A stretch of 64,000 nucleotides of DNA from Ostreococcus lucimarinus (Eukaryota). The stretch's first letter is position 1. Each line of letters opens with the position of its first letter. Of the stretch, positions 50,655-59,918 are shown piece after piece. Both the position numbers and the translations under genes were made by a program. A model generated the notes under the pieces. It did no database searches. It worked only from the letters and a program-made list of their open reading frames with translations, and had not been told where the DNA came from. Location of the stretch: the NCBI GenBank assembly GCA_000092065.1, contig CP000597.1. The stretch is one strand, 5' to 3'.

Positions 50655-50788
50655 CTAAAAAACGATGAAGTAATGATCACTTCCGTGACAAGTCAGATAA
50701 CAACTCTGAAGCTCCTCGCTTTTTTCAGCGAGAGCGTAACTACCCTCCGCTAACGGCTAATAGTAATATCGTTCCTTAGGGTAAATAT

Positions 50789-51651
50789 TTACCCTTGGAC
50801 TTGGCGCTGGTCAACGGCGCACGCAGCTTCGGACGCCGGGCGGTGAGCCAAGAACGCGGAGCATTGCACTTGCTTGATGTTGTCGAAGCCAGCGACGCGG
50901 ACGTAGCATTCCGGGAAGCACTTGATGCAGGTGTTGATTTCCGCAATGACTTCATCCGGGTTTTGGCAGCCGTACATGGGGAGCTTCCACATAACCCAGT
51001 AACGGTTGTCGTAGTAACCGGCGTTGATGGAGGTGTCCATGTTCGCCCAGCCGTGGCCGTCGGTGTACGCGTGCGCGGAGTCTTCGAACTCGATGCACGG
51101 GGTCCAGCCGTTGTTCAACAAGTATTGCACTTGCTTGGAGATTTCGGCGTCGGAGAGCGGCGGCAAGAAGGAGAAGGTCTCGAACATCCTGCGTGACGAC
51201 GTAAAAACGAAGCGAAATCGGTCAGTACAGCGCTCGCGCGCGTCGTTCGGACCCTCGTCGGTGACCGAGTTAAAACCCTAAAACCCAATAACCCAGCGCG
51301 CGTTCCTGACCGCACGATCGCCGCCGAACGAGCCCTCGCGCGCACCCCCCACGCCGACCCCTCGCACCGCGATCGCGGGCGTTAAAACGTCGAAGAAGAA
51401 CTTTCTTCAACGAAATATCGCCCTCGCGGCGTCGTCGAGGCGCGCGCGCGCGCGCAGAGGTCGCGCAACGTTCGCGCGATGCGGCGCTATCCTCTCGCGA
51501 AAGATACGCGAAGGTTCGATCGATCGCGCGCGTTCACGTACTTGTTGCCGTGCGGGCGCCAGATCATCATGGACTTGGCGTTGGCGACCTTGCCGGTGGT
51601 GACGGCGACGGTCTTCGCGACTTGCGCGGAAGCTTGGGTGATGGCGGACAT
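50789..51651 (-). CDS. rbcS: RuBisCO small subunit, copy A (exon 1 51542..51651, intron 51189..51541, exon 2 50789..51188)
   Basis: Exon 2 = MFETFSFLPPLSDAEISKQVQYLLNNGWTPCIEFE...YYDNRYWVMWKLPMYGC...VRVAGFDNIKQVQ, canonical rbcS. Exon 1 (MSAITQASAQVAKTVAVTTGKVANAKSMMIWRPHGN) is a transit peptide plus the conserved MxxW...NK motif. GTACGT donor and ...CACGCAG acceptor rejoin ...GNK|MFETF in phase 2. Confidence 0.9.
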
Positions 51652-51716
51652 GATTGCGTGCGTGTGGATTAGTGCGGCGCGCGCGCCGCGCGCGCGCGTC
51701 GGGGCGGCGCGAGGTG

Positions 51717-51731
51717 CCGAATGTCCGAATC
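51717..51731 (+). promoter_or_regulatory. copy of the recurrent motif CCGAATGTCCGAATC, ~185 bp upstream of rbcS copy B ATG, in the shared divergent promoter of rbcS A/B
   Basis: direct reading. The same 13-mer core occurs at 6899, 56041 and 58426, all on the + strand. Confidence 0.4.
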
Positions 51732-51914
51732 ACGATCGCCCGCCCCTTAAAACGTATTCCAATCGTCTCTACAACTATATGATTTCGATTTTGACGGGAT
51801 AATCTCGACGAGATAAATTCGAGCGCGCGTTTTCGCGCGAATCGTGTGGATTTGCTGACTCGGTGCCGATCACGCGAGGGCGTCGGCACTTTCCAGCACG
51901 CTTATCTCGAAATC

Positions 51915-52806
51915 ATGTCCGCCATCACCCAAGCCTCCGCGCAAGTCGCGAAGACCGTCGCCGTCACCACCGGCAAGGTCGCCAACGCCAAGTCCATGAT
52001 GATCTGGCGCCCGCACGGCAACAAGTACGTGAACGCGCGCGCGCGACGGGACGCGAACGTAATCCGAAAAAGCGACGCGCGCGGATTGCTCGGCCGGTCG
52101 TGAAGAAGGGGTCTTCGAGGGGCGCGCGAGGGCGTCGTGACGCGCGCGATGAATGAAAAAGATGCCTGAAGTTTTTATGCATCGGATCGTCAGCGCGCGG
52201 TGGGCGTCGCGCGTCGACGCGAGCGTCGGCACGGGGTTCGAGTGAGCCCCCCCAGGGGGGAGGCCTCCGAGATCCATCGTAACCGCCTTCGGAGATTTCT
52301 TCTTTAATTTTCCTCGCGACGCGTGGTTGCGCGTTGAAATCGACGGAAAACGATGCACAGAATAATTACTGACCCGATTTCGCTTCGTTTTTACGTCGTC
52401 ACGCAGGATGTTCGAGACCTTCTCCTTCTTGCCGCCGCTCTCCGACGCTGAAATCTCCAAGCAAGTGCAATACTTGTTGAACAACGGCTGGACCCCGTGC
52501 ATCGAGTTCGAAGACTCCGCGCACGCGTACACCGACGGCCACGGCTGGGCGAACATGGACACCTCCATCAACGCCGGTTACTACGACAACCGTTACTGGG
52601 TTATGTGGAAGCTCCCCATGTACGGCTGCCAAAACCCGGATGAAGTCATTGCGGAAATCAACACCTGCATCAAGTGCTTCCCGGATTGCTACGTCCGCGT
52701 CGCTGGCTTCGACAACATCAAGCAAGTGCAATGCTCCGCGTTCTTGGCTCACCGCCCGGCGTCCGAAGCTGCGTGCGCCGTTGACCAGCGCCAAGTCCAA
52801 GGGTAA
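51915..52806 (+). CDS. rbcS: RuBisCO small subunit, copy B (exon 1 51915..52024, intron 52025..52406, exon 2 52407..52806)
   Basis: Same exon sequences as copy A (one Glu/Asp difference in exon 2), GTACGT donor, CACGCAG acceptor. Confidence 0.9.
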
Positions 52807-53417
52807 ACGTCTCGACGTTTCCTGCGAACGCCCGCGCGCGTCTGTAGACGCGCGCTGCCGCGGACTCACGCTCGTGTAGAGATGTAGTCCTATTGAATTA
52901 CATACGAAGACTTCACGTCACTTCACGCGTTAACGCTTCGCCCTCGCCCTCGCGCGTCGCGCATCTCCGGACGCTCTCTCTCCCTCTCGCGCGGACCGAC
53001 CGCCGCGCAGCACACCCGGTCGTAACCGTTCCATTTGACCGTTCCAATCCCTTCTCGAACGCGCGCGAAGATTTTCCGAGATCGAGGACTCGCCGCGGTT
53101 CGCGACTCAAGAAATCTAGATCACGCCGTGAGATCTTCGCCCGCCGTCGTTTCCGCCACACGTTTCCGCGCCGCCGGGCGAAAATGAGGCTTTAGGGTTT
53201 ACGCGCGTCGTATGGGCAAACAGTTCGCGAGCACTCTGCGTAGGCCCCCTGAAGGGGGCTTTTTCCTCTATTTTCTTACATACAGCTTACATAATTTATA
53301 ATACAGAGAAGATCCCATATAAAGTACATCACGAATACGAATACGAACGCCCTCACAACCCCCTGACGCGCGCGCCGCCGCGGCCGAGCGACATAATCGC
53401 ACGCGTATCTCGAGATC

Positions 53418-54537
53418 ATGTCTGCCATCACCCAAGCCTCCGCGCAAGTCGCGAAGACCGTCGCCGTCACCACCGGCAAGGTCGCCAACGCCAAGTCCAT
53501 GATGATCTGGCGCCCGCACGGCAACAAGTACGTATAGTTTACGACGTGTTTCGACGCGATCGCGCGCCGCGTCCGATCGCGCCGCATCCGACGCCCCGAG
53601 GGACGATCGTCGTCGTGTTCGCGCGCGTCCGCGCGCGCGTCGCCGACGCGATCGCGGTCGATCTCTTCGATGATTTTCATCGCATCGATCGCGACGCGCG
53701 AAAGCGGCGCGCGCGCAACGTGGACGCGTGCGAACCGTCGATCACGGCGCGGTCGCGGGGTGATCGGATAAGCGCGAAAACCCAAACGCGAAAACCCAAA
53801 CGGGAACCCGAGCGGGAATTTTCGGGTGTTTGCGTCGAACGGCGCGGCGTTCGACGATTTAGCGTGCGCGATGATTTGTGCATCGTCGAGTCGGGCGTCG
53901 AGACGTCGAGACGTCGTCGCCGCGCGCGCGGCGGGGTCGGTCGGCGCGCGGATCATCCGTAGATTATCATCGACCGGACGATCGGCCGTCGACCGACCTT
54001 TGAATGCTCGGCGCGGGAGGGTGTTTCGTACTCGGGTCGGACGCGGTCCACGAGCGACGTCACGGTTGGGCGAGCGTAGAAGACTCGCGCGAGCGCTGTA
54101 CTGACCGATTTCGCTTCGTTTTTACGTCGTCACGCAGGATGTTCGAGACCTTCTCCTTCTTGCCGCCGCTCTCCGACGCCGAAATCTCCAAGCAAGTGCA
54201 ATACTTGTTGAACAACGGCTGGACCCCGTGCATCGAGTTCGAAGACTCCGCGCACGCGTACACCGACGGCCACGGCTGGGCGAACATGGACACCTCCATC
54301 AACGCCGGTTACTACGACAACCGTTACTGGGTTATGTGGAAGCTCCCCATGTACGGCTGCCAAAACCCGGATGAAGTCATTGCGGAAATCAACACCTGCA
54401 TCAAGTGCTTCCCGGATTGCTACGTCCGCGTCGCTGGCTTCGACAACATCAAGCAAGTGCAATGCTCCGCGTTCTTGGCTCACCGCCCGGCGTCCGAAGC
54501 TGCGTGCGCCGTTGACCAGCGCCAAGTCCAAGGGTAA
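53418..54537 (+). CDS. rbcS: RuBisCO small subunit, copy C (exon 1 53418..53527, intron 53528..54137, exon 2 54138..54537)
   Basis: Exons identical to copy B apart from a synonymous change in codon 2. The intron is 610 nt and unrelated in sequence except for the last ~40 nt. Confidence 0.9.
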
Positions 54538-54695
54538 ACGTCTCGACGTTTCCTGCGAACGCCCGCGCAAGTCGACTCAACTCAGTATTATGAAGATTTT
54601 TTCCATTTGATTTACGTAGGAAATTGCTTTGTCTGTCATAATGAGATGCATACTTACATATTAAAATGTCCCCGAATTTCTCGACGCGACTCGGA

Positions 54696-55997
54696 TCAGC
54701 GAAGCTCGCCGAGCGCCGCACGCGAGAAGACTGCCCGTGTGCTCTCGTCGCCCGCGCATACCTCTGACGAACTCGAGTCGTCGGAATTTTTGCTGAAGTC
54801 TAATGGTAATGTCAGTTCTAAGTGTCTCTTCGCGCCTGAGTATTTGAATTTGAAATCAAACGTGCGTCGAGAACGTTCACGAAGCTCGCGCTTGCCCACG
54901 ACGGCGGCGCTCGGCGGCGTCCCGGTGGTTACGACCCAACTCCGCGCTCGCTCGACGTCTCGGAGCTGCATCGTCGCCAACTCGTCCTGGCTTAAAGGCT
55001 GAGCTGTGATGGGTTTATGATTCAACCAAACGTTCACGAGGAACGTCACGCGCTTAGACGACTGCGGCGTACCGCGCGCGAACTCACTCGGGGCGCCGTG
55101 CAAGAACCGTCCGTCAAATGTGATTTGCTTCCCCCACTTTGGCCACGAAACGACGCACTCGGTGATATCACCGCACACCCCGACGTCGCCGTTTTCGTAA
55201 TCACAATTCACCTTCGTCGGACGGTTCACGACCACCGTCGGCGTCCCTCCGTCGCAAAAGTACGTCACCGTGCCGAGTTGCGGATGCGCGTTGACGCCCG
55301 CGCCCTCGAGGGCGTAGTCTTTGTCCCAGTGCCACCCGATCTCATCACCCTCATCGATGACTTGCGTCCACCACTCGGCGCCCGATTTCGAGGGATCATA
55401 CCTCGCTCTCTCGTCTTCGTCGCGCGCGCCGGCGTCTCGTTCCGCGCGCGCCGCGGCTTCGCGCGTCGCCCTTCGAAACGTCTCTCGCGCTAAATACTCG
55501 AGCGCGCACCTCGGTTCGCTCTCGGCGTTCACCCAAAACGTCCTCCCACTCGACGTCCCGCTCGTCCTTCTCTTCCCTCTCGCATTTTTCGCCGTGTGCG
55601 CCGCCTCGCAATCCTTCGTCAACCGCCTCGCGTCGTCGTCGTCGAGCGCGTCTCGCCCCGCGAACGTCGTCGCGCTCGTCGTCTCGTACGTCAGGTATCG
55701 GTTCACTTCGCACGCGATTCGTCCGAGTTCATCCACCGCGAGTTCGAGCTCGGACGTCGCGCTCGCGTCGTCGTCGCTCTCGTCGCTCTCGTCGCTCTCG
55801 CTCTCGCTCTCGCTCTCGCTCGTCGTCGCCTCGCGCGCGTCGTTCGCGCGCCTCGTCCGTCGCGTCGTCATCCGCGCCTCGTCGTCGCGTCGTCGACGTC
55901 GCGCGTTCGCCGCCCCGCGTCGCGCGCGCCGGTCGCCCGACGCGCGACGGGCGTCGCGCGTTCGCCGCGTCGACGGCCGCCGGGCTCGAGCGCGCAA
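54696..55997 (-). CDS. hypothetical protein with a 2OG-Fe(II) oxygenase/cupin-like motif pattern (GWHWDKDY ... RFLHG ... R..F.VNVW) and an N-terminal (SE)n/(SDE)n acidic repeat
   Basis: 1.3 kb codon-biased ORF. HxD...H...R spacing read directly; family not assigned. Confidence 0.5.
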   Translation of the reverse strand: MRARARRPSTRRTRDARRASGDRRARRGAANARRRRRDDEARMTTRRTRRANDAREATTSESESESESDESDESDDDASATSELELAVDELGRIACEVNRYLTYETTSATTFAGRDALDDDDARRLTKDCEAAHTAKNARGKRRTSGTSSGRTFWVNAESEPRCALEYLARETFRRATREAAARAERDAGARDEDERARYDPSKSGAEWWTQVIDEGDEIGWHWDKDYALEGAGVNAHPQLGTVTYFCDGGTPTVVVNRPTKVNCDYENGDVGVCGDITECVVSWPKWGKQITFDGRFLHGAPSEFARGTPQSSKRVTFLVNVWLNHKPITAQPLSQDELATMQLRDVERARSWVVTTGTPPSAAVVGKRELRERSRRTFDFKFKYSGAKRHLELTLPLDFSKNSDDSSSSEVCAGDESTRAVFSRAALGELR

Positions 55998-56061
55998 GCG
56001 GACCCGAATACCACTAAAGCGTAGCGCTGTATACTCATACCCGAATGTCCGAACATCCGCG
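55993..56061 (+). repeat. ~70-bp dispersed repeat, copy 1 (ends with CCGAATGTCCGAACATCCGCG), ~240 bp upstream of the PiT gene ATG
   Basis: About 90% identical to 58377..58447: GCAAGCGGACCC(G/A)AATACCACTAAAGC(G/A)TAG..CT.TATACTCATA(C/T)CCGAATGTCCGAACATCCGCG. Confidence 0.8.
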
Positions 56062-56302
56062 TGAAAGTGCTACACTTTGTCAGGAAAATGTCGATTCACA
56101 GTCGATTCACAGTTGATGAACATTGCAACAAGTTGCAAAAATCGAGTTCGATTGGAACCAATCGCGTCTTCTTTCGAGGTTCACGAACCGTGAATTCGTT
56201 CCGCGAGGAATATTCTCGGAATCTCGCCTTTTCAAATTCCCGCGTGGGAATATGCGCAGTCGCCGCAAGAACACGTCGCGCGCCGTCTCGTCACGCACAA
56301 CG

Positions 56303-58052
56303 ATGAGCTCTTCGGATGCGCTCGCTCAAGCGTCCCGCCACCTTTTGGCCGGCGCTACTGAAACCAAGAGATTCGAATGGATCGTCGTTTGCGGCGGTTT
56401 CCTCGCCTTCTTCGCCGCCTTTGGCATCGGTACGCACACGATGCGCGCACTTTTTACCTTTCGCGTTCATAGGCTTTAATGACACGGCTTGGTCGCACAC
56501 GTGCGATTGGAGTGTATTAGAAGCATCACTGACGTCGTGCGATCAATCGTATTTACCTACAGGTGCCAACGACGTCGCGAATGCGTTCGCCACCTCTGTC
56601 GGGTCCGGCGCGTTGACCATTAAAAACGCTGTAGTCCTCGCCGCGATCTTTGAATTCTGTGGTGCCATGTTCATGGGCGGTCACGTCGTCAACACAATTC
56701 GCAAGGGCATTGCTAACCAGAAATGCTTCGCCGGTACCGGTGGTGCCAACGATCCCGGCCTCTTGATGTACGGCTGCCTATGCGTCATTTTTGCCGTCGC
56801 CATCTGGCTCGTCGTCGCATCTGCCTTCGAAATGGCCGTCTCCACGACGCACTCGTGCGTTGGTGGTATGATTGGAATGACTTTGGTCGCGCGTGGTAGC
56901 GAGTGTGTCATTTGGACCAAGAAAGCGGACGAATTCCCGTACGTCAAAGGCGTCGTCGCCGTCATCATCTCCTGGCTCTTGTCCCCGGTCATCTCTGGCG
57001 CCTTTGCGTTCGTCTTCTTCGTGACCCTGCGTACTCTCGTCATGCGTTCCGAACATTCTTATTCTCGTACTGCCGTCGCGTTCCCAGTGTTGCTTGCGTG
57101 CACTCTCATCATCAACATCTTCTTCATCGTGTACAAGGGCGCCAAGTTCCTTGAGCTCGACGACACACCGGTCGGTACGGCGTGCGCCATCGCGTTCGGC
57201 ATCGGCGGAGGATGTGGCATTGTTGCGTACTTCTTCGTTACCCCTTACATCCTCAAGACGACCGATGAGCTCTTCGAGAAGCAACAGCTCGAAAAGGCGG
57301 AGCGTGGTTCGGGCAAGAAGGCCGAAGAGAAGGTCGTCCGTCAACCGCGCGAGTATCCTGTCGGGGTCTTTGGCGCGCCGCGTCGCATGTGGTACGCTCT
57401 GCAAGATCATCTTGAATCTTCACTCACCCACAAGGCTGAAGACATTCTTGACGAAGACATGGCTGTATTGGCGATCCACGAAAACGCCGAAAAGTTTGAC
57501 GAAAAGACTGAACTTTGCATGCGATACTTGCAAATCCTCACCGCGTGCTGCGACTCGTTCGCGCACGGCGCCAACGATGTGGCCAACTCTATCGGTCCCT
57601 TCGCCTCTATGGTAGTCGTCTTCAAGAGCGGTAAAGTTTCGAAGGAAGCTGAAATGGGCGACGATTCATATTGGATTCTCGGTCTTGGCGCTGCCGGCAT
57701 CGTCTGTGGCCTCGCCTTGTACGGCTACAAGATTCTTCACGCTCTCGGTACCAAGATTGCCAAGCTCACCCCGAGTCGCGGTATCTGCATCGAGCTTGGT
57801 GCGGCTTGCGTCATCATCATGGGATCCCGTCTCGGCTGGCCGCTGTCTACCACTCACTGCCAAGTTGGTGCCACCGTCGGCGTCGCCCTACTCGAAGGCC
57901 GCAAGGGCATCAACTGGTTCATCATCGGTAAAACTGTGTTCGGCTGGATCATCACCCTCGTCATCGTCGGCTTCTCCACGGCGGCGTTCTTCGCACAAGG
58001 TGCCTACGCTCCGATGAAGAGCTACCCGTGCTACATCACAGGTAGTTGCTAA
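56303..58052 (+). CDS. PiT-family inorganic phosphate transporter (exon 1 56303..56429, intron 56430..56562, exon 2 56563..58052)
   Basis: Two PiT signature motifs GANDVANAF (at the exon junction) and HGANDVANSIGP, with about 10-12 TM segments. Exon 1 (MSSSDALAQASRHLLAGATETKRFEWIVVCGGFLAFFAAFGIG) lies in a different frame (ORF 56123..56479). GTACGC...CCTACAG intron (133 nt, phase 1) recreates ...AFGIGANDVANAF. Confidence 0.85.
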
Positions 58053-58376
58053 ATGGGCCCTCCTAGCTTACCCCCTCCCTAGGTTACCCCCGACGGAGTT
58101 ATTCTTTGAATACTCTCGGTGTTTTTCCCGCTATTGATAGCGATGAGATTCTCGACAAATTCGCGTTCAGTGGGGTCTGAAAATTTGCCGTCGCCCACGA
58201 GAGCGTCGAATTGCTCCGCCAACGTCCGTCGAATTGCTCCGCCAACGTCAGCGATGGCGCGCCTGTGCGAGAGAATTCAGACTCAACAATACTTCGCGCG
58301 CGCGCTGTTTTGGTTCCAACCGGAGCCGCACGGATCAATTGCACACCGCGTAATCGCCCTGAGTGGTATCGATACC

Positions 58377-58447
58377 ACGCAAGCGGACCCAAATACCACT
58401 AAAGCATAGTACTATATACTCATATCCGAATGTCCGAACATCCGCGC
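58377..58447 (+). repeat. ~70-bp dispersed repeat, copy 2, ~95 bp upstream of ORF 58542
   Basis: see copy 1. Confidence 0.8.
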
Positions 58448-58541
58448 GATTCCCGCCGCGATTCGCCGCGATTCGCCGCGACTCCGCGACGCGCGCGACG
58501 ACGGACGGCGAACGACGCCTCGAGACGACGGCGCGCGCGCG

Positions 58542-59780
58542 ATGGCGACGACGACGACCCCGCGCGTCGCGACGACGGGCGCGCGGGCGGCGCGAGGCCG
58601 ACGCGCGAGGACGGAGGCGACGCGCGCGAACGCGACGGCGACGCGCGCGACGGGACGACGCGCGAACGGGACGGCCGCGAGGGACGCGCGAGCGAAAAGC
58701 GCGGGAAAGGACGACGGCGCGAGCGATCAGGGAGGGTCGAGCGGCGTGGAAAGGGAGACGCGCGCGCGACGGACGCCGAGCGCGCGAGAGAGCGCGATGG
58801 AGGCGGCGGCGGCGCGCGAGGCGGAAAACGCGGGGATGAAGCCGTCGTCGAGCGGGGAGACGGCGACGCGGACGGTGAAGGACGAGGCGCTGGAGATACC
58901 GTTTCAGAGCACGAGTCCGAGGAAACGGGTCGGGCGAACGCGGTTGTTGCGGACGCCCATGGCGGGGGGGGTGGTGAGCCGAGACACCAAGGATAGCAAC
59001 TTGCCCTCGATGGCGACGGCGGCGAGAAACTTGATGGAACTCGCGGATTACGGCGATTTGAGCACGACGATGAGCGACATGCATCATCGTCGCGCTGGGT
59101 ACCCGTTCGGAAGCACGGTGGACTTCGCGACGGACGCCACGGGGCATCCAATCTTTTGCCTGGCGCCGCTCGCGATTCACACGCGCAACATCGCCGCCGA
59201 CGGCAAGTGCTCGTTGACGGTGAAGATGAGCGGTTGGGGCGGGTTGGCGAACGCCAGGGTGACGATATTCGGCGACGTTCAGCGCTTGCCCAACGGAGAG
59301 TATCAAACGGCGGCGAACGAAATCTTCAAGTCCAAGTATCACGCGCGCAAGGAAGCCATCGACATGGAGGATCGCTGGGGCGACTACACGTATTATCGCA
59401 TGAATCGCATCGTCGACGTGTACTTCGTCGGTGGGTTCGGAACGTTGAACTGGATCAAGCTCGACGAGTACTGCTCGACGTCCCCCGACACGATCGTCAC
59501 CGCCGCGCACGGTAAGAGCGTCATCGAAACCTTGGGCGAGCTCAACACGCGCTTCTCCCAGCGTCTCGCCGCGCACATGGGCAATCTCTTGGACCTCGTC
59601 GTGGACGATTTATGGATCATCTCCATCGATCGTCGCGGTATGGACGTTCGCGTGCGCACCGACGGCAGCTCGTTGATTCGCAGAATCTCTTTCGACACCG
59701 ACGTCGAGTGTTTCGACGACGCCAAGCGCGCCGTCGAGTGCGCGTTGACCAACGACGACCTCTGTCGCGGCGAGTTCTGA
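58542..59780 (+). CDS. pyridoxamine 5'-phosphate oxidase-like FMN-binding fold protein with a C-terminal DUF2470-like region (GluTR-binding-protein-like), probably plastid-targeted
   Basis: ...ARNLMELADYGDLSTTMS...GYPFGSTVDFATDATGHPIFCLAPLAIHTRNI...CSLTV... resembles the PNPOx-like split-barrel family. N-terminal ~100 aa Ala/Arg/Thr-rich. Start may be an internal Met. Confidence 0.55.
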   Translation: MATTTTPRVATTGARAARGRRARTEATRANATATRATGRRANGTAARDARAKSAGKDDGASDQGGSSGVERETRARRTPSARESAMEAAAAREAENAGMKPSSSGETATRTVKDEALEIPFQSTSPRKRVGRTRLLRTPMAGGVVSRDTKDSNLPSMATAARNLMELADYGDLSTTMSDMHHRRAGYPFGSTVDFATDATGHPIFCLAPLAIHTRNIAADGKCSLTVKMSGWGGLANARVTIFGDVQRLPNGEYQTAANEIFKSKYHARKEAIDMEDRWGDYTYYRMNRIVDVYFVGGFGTLNWIKLDEYCSTSPDTIVTAAHGKSVIETLGELNTRFSQRLAAHMGNLLDLVVDDLWIISIDRRGMDVRVRTDGSSLIRRISFDTDVECFDDAKRAVECALTNDDLCRGEF

Positions 59781-59918
59781 TCCGCCCGCCCGCTCGCGCT
59801 TTCGACGCGTTGTAACCGATATCTTTCGTAATCTTTCGAGATTCGCGCGATCGATTTCGGATTTTCGCGCGCCGCCTCGTCGTCCTCTCCCGCGCGCGCG
59901 CCTCGCGTTCGTCCGACG

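Noticed and set aside
51024-54302. Repeated ORF MMEVSMFAQPWPSVYACAESSNSMHGVQPLFNKYCTCLEISASESGGKKEK... (51024..51281 +, 51870..52571 -, 54060..54302 -)
   Set aside because: It is the antisense strand of rbcS exon 2 in each of the three copies, not a gene family of its own.
55993-58447. The ~70-bp repeat pair as a transposon carrying the PiT gene
   Set aside because: No terminal inverted repeats, no target-site duplication and no transposase or integrase ORF. The repeats sit at promoter-proximal positions of two consecutive genes and end in a motif that also occurs alone upstream of other genes. A cis-regulatory module or small duplication is more likely.
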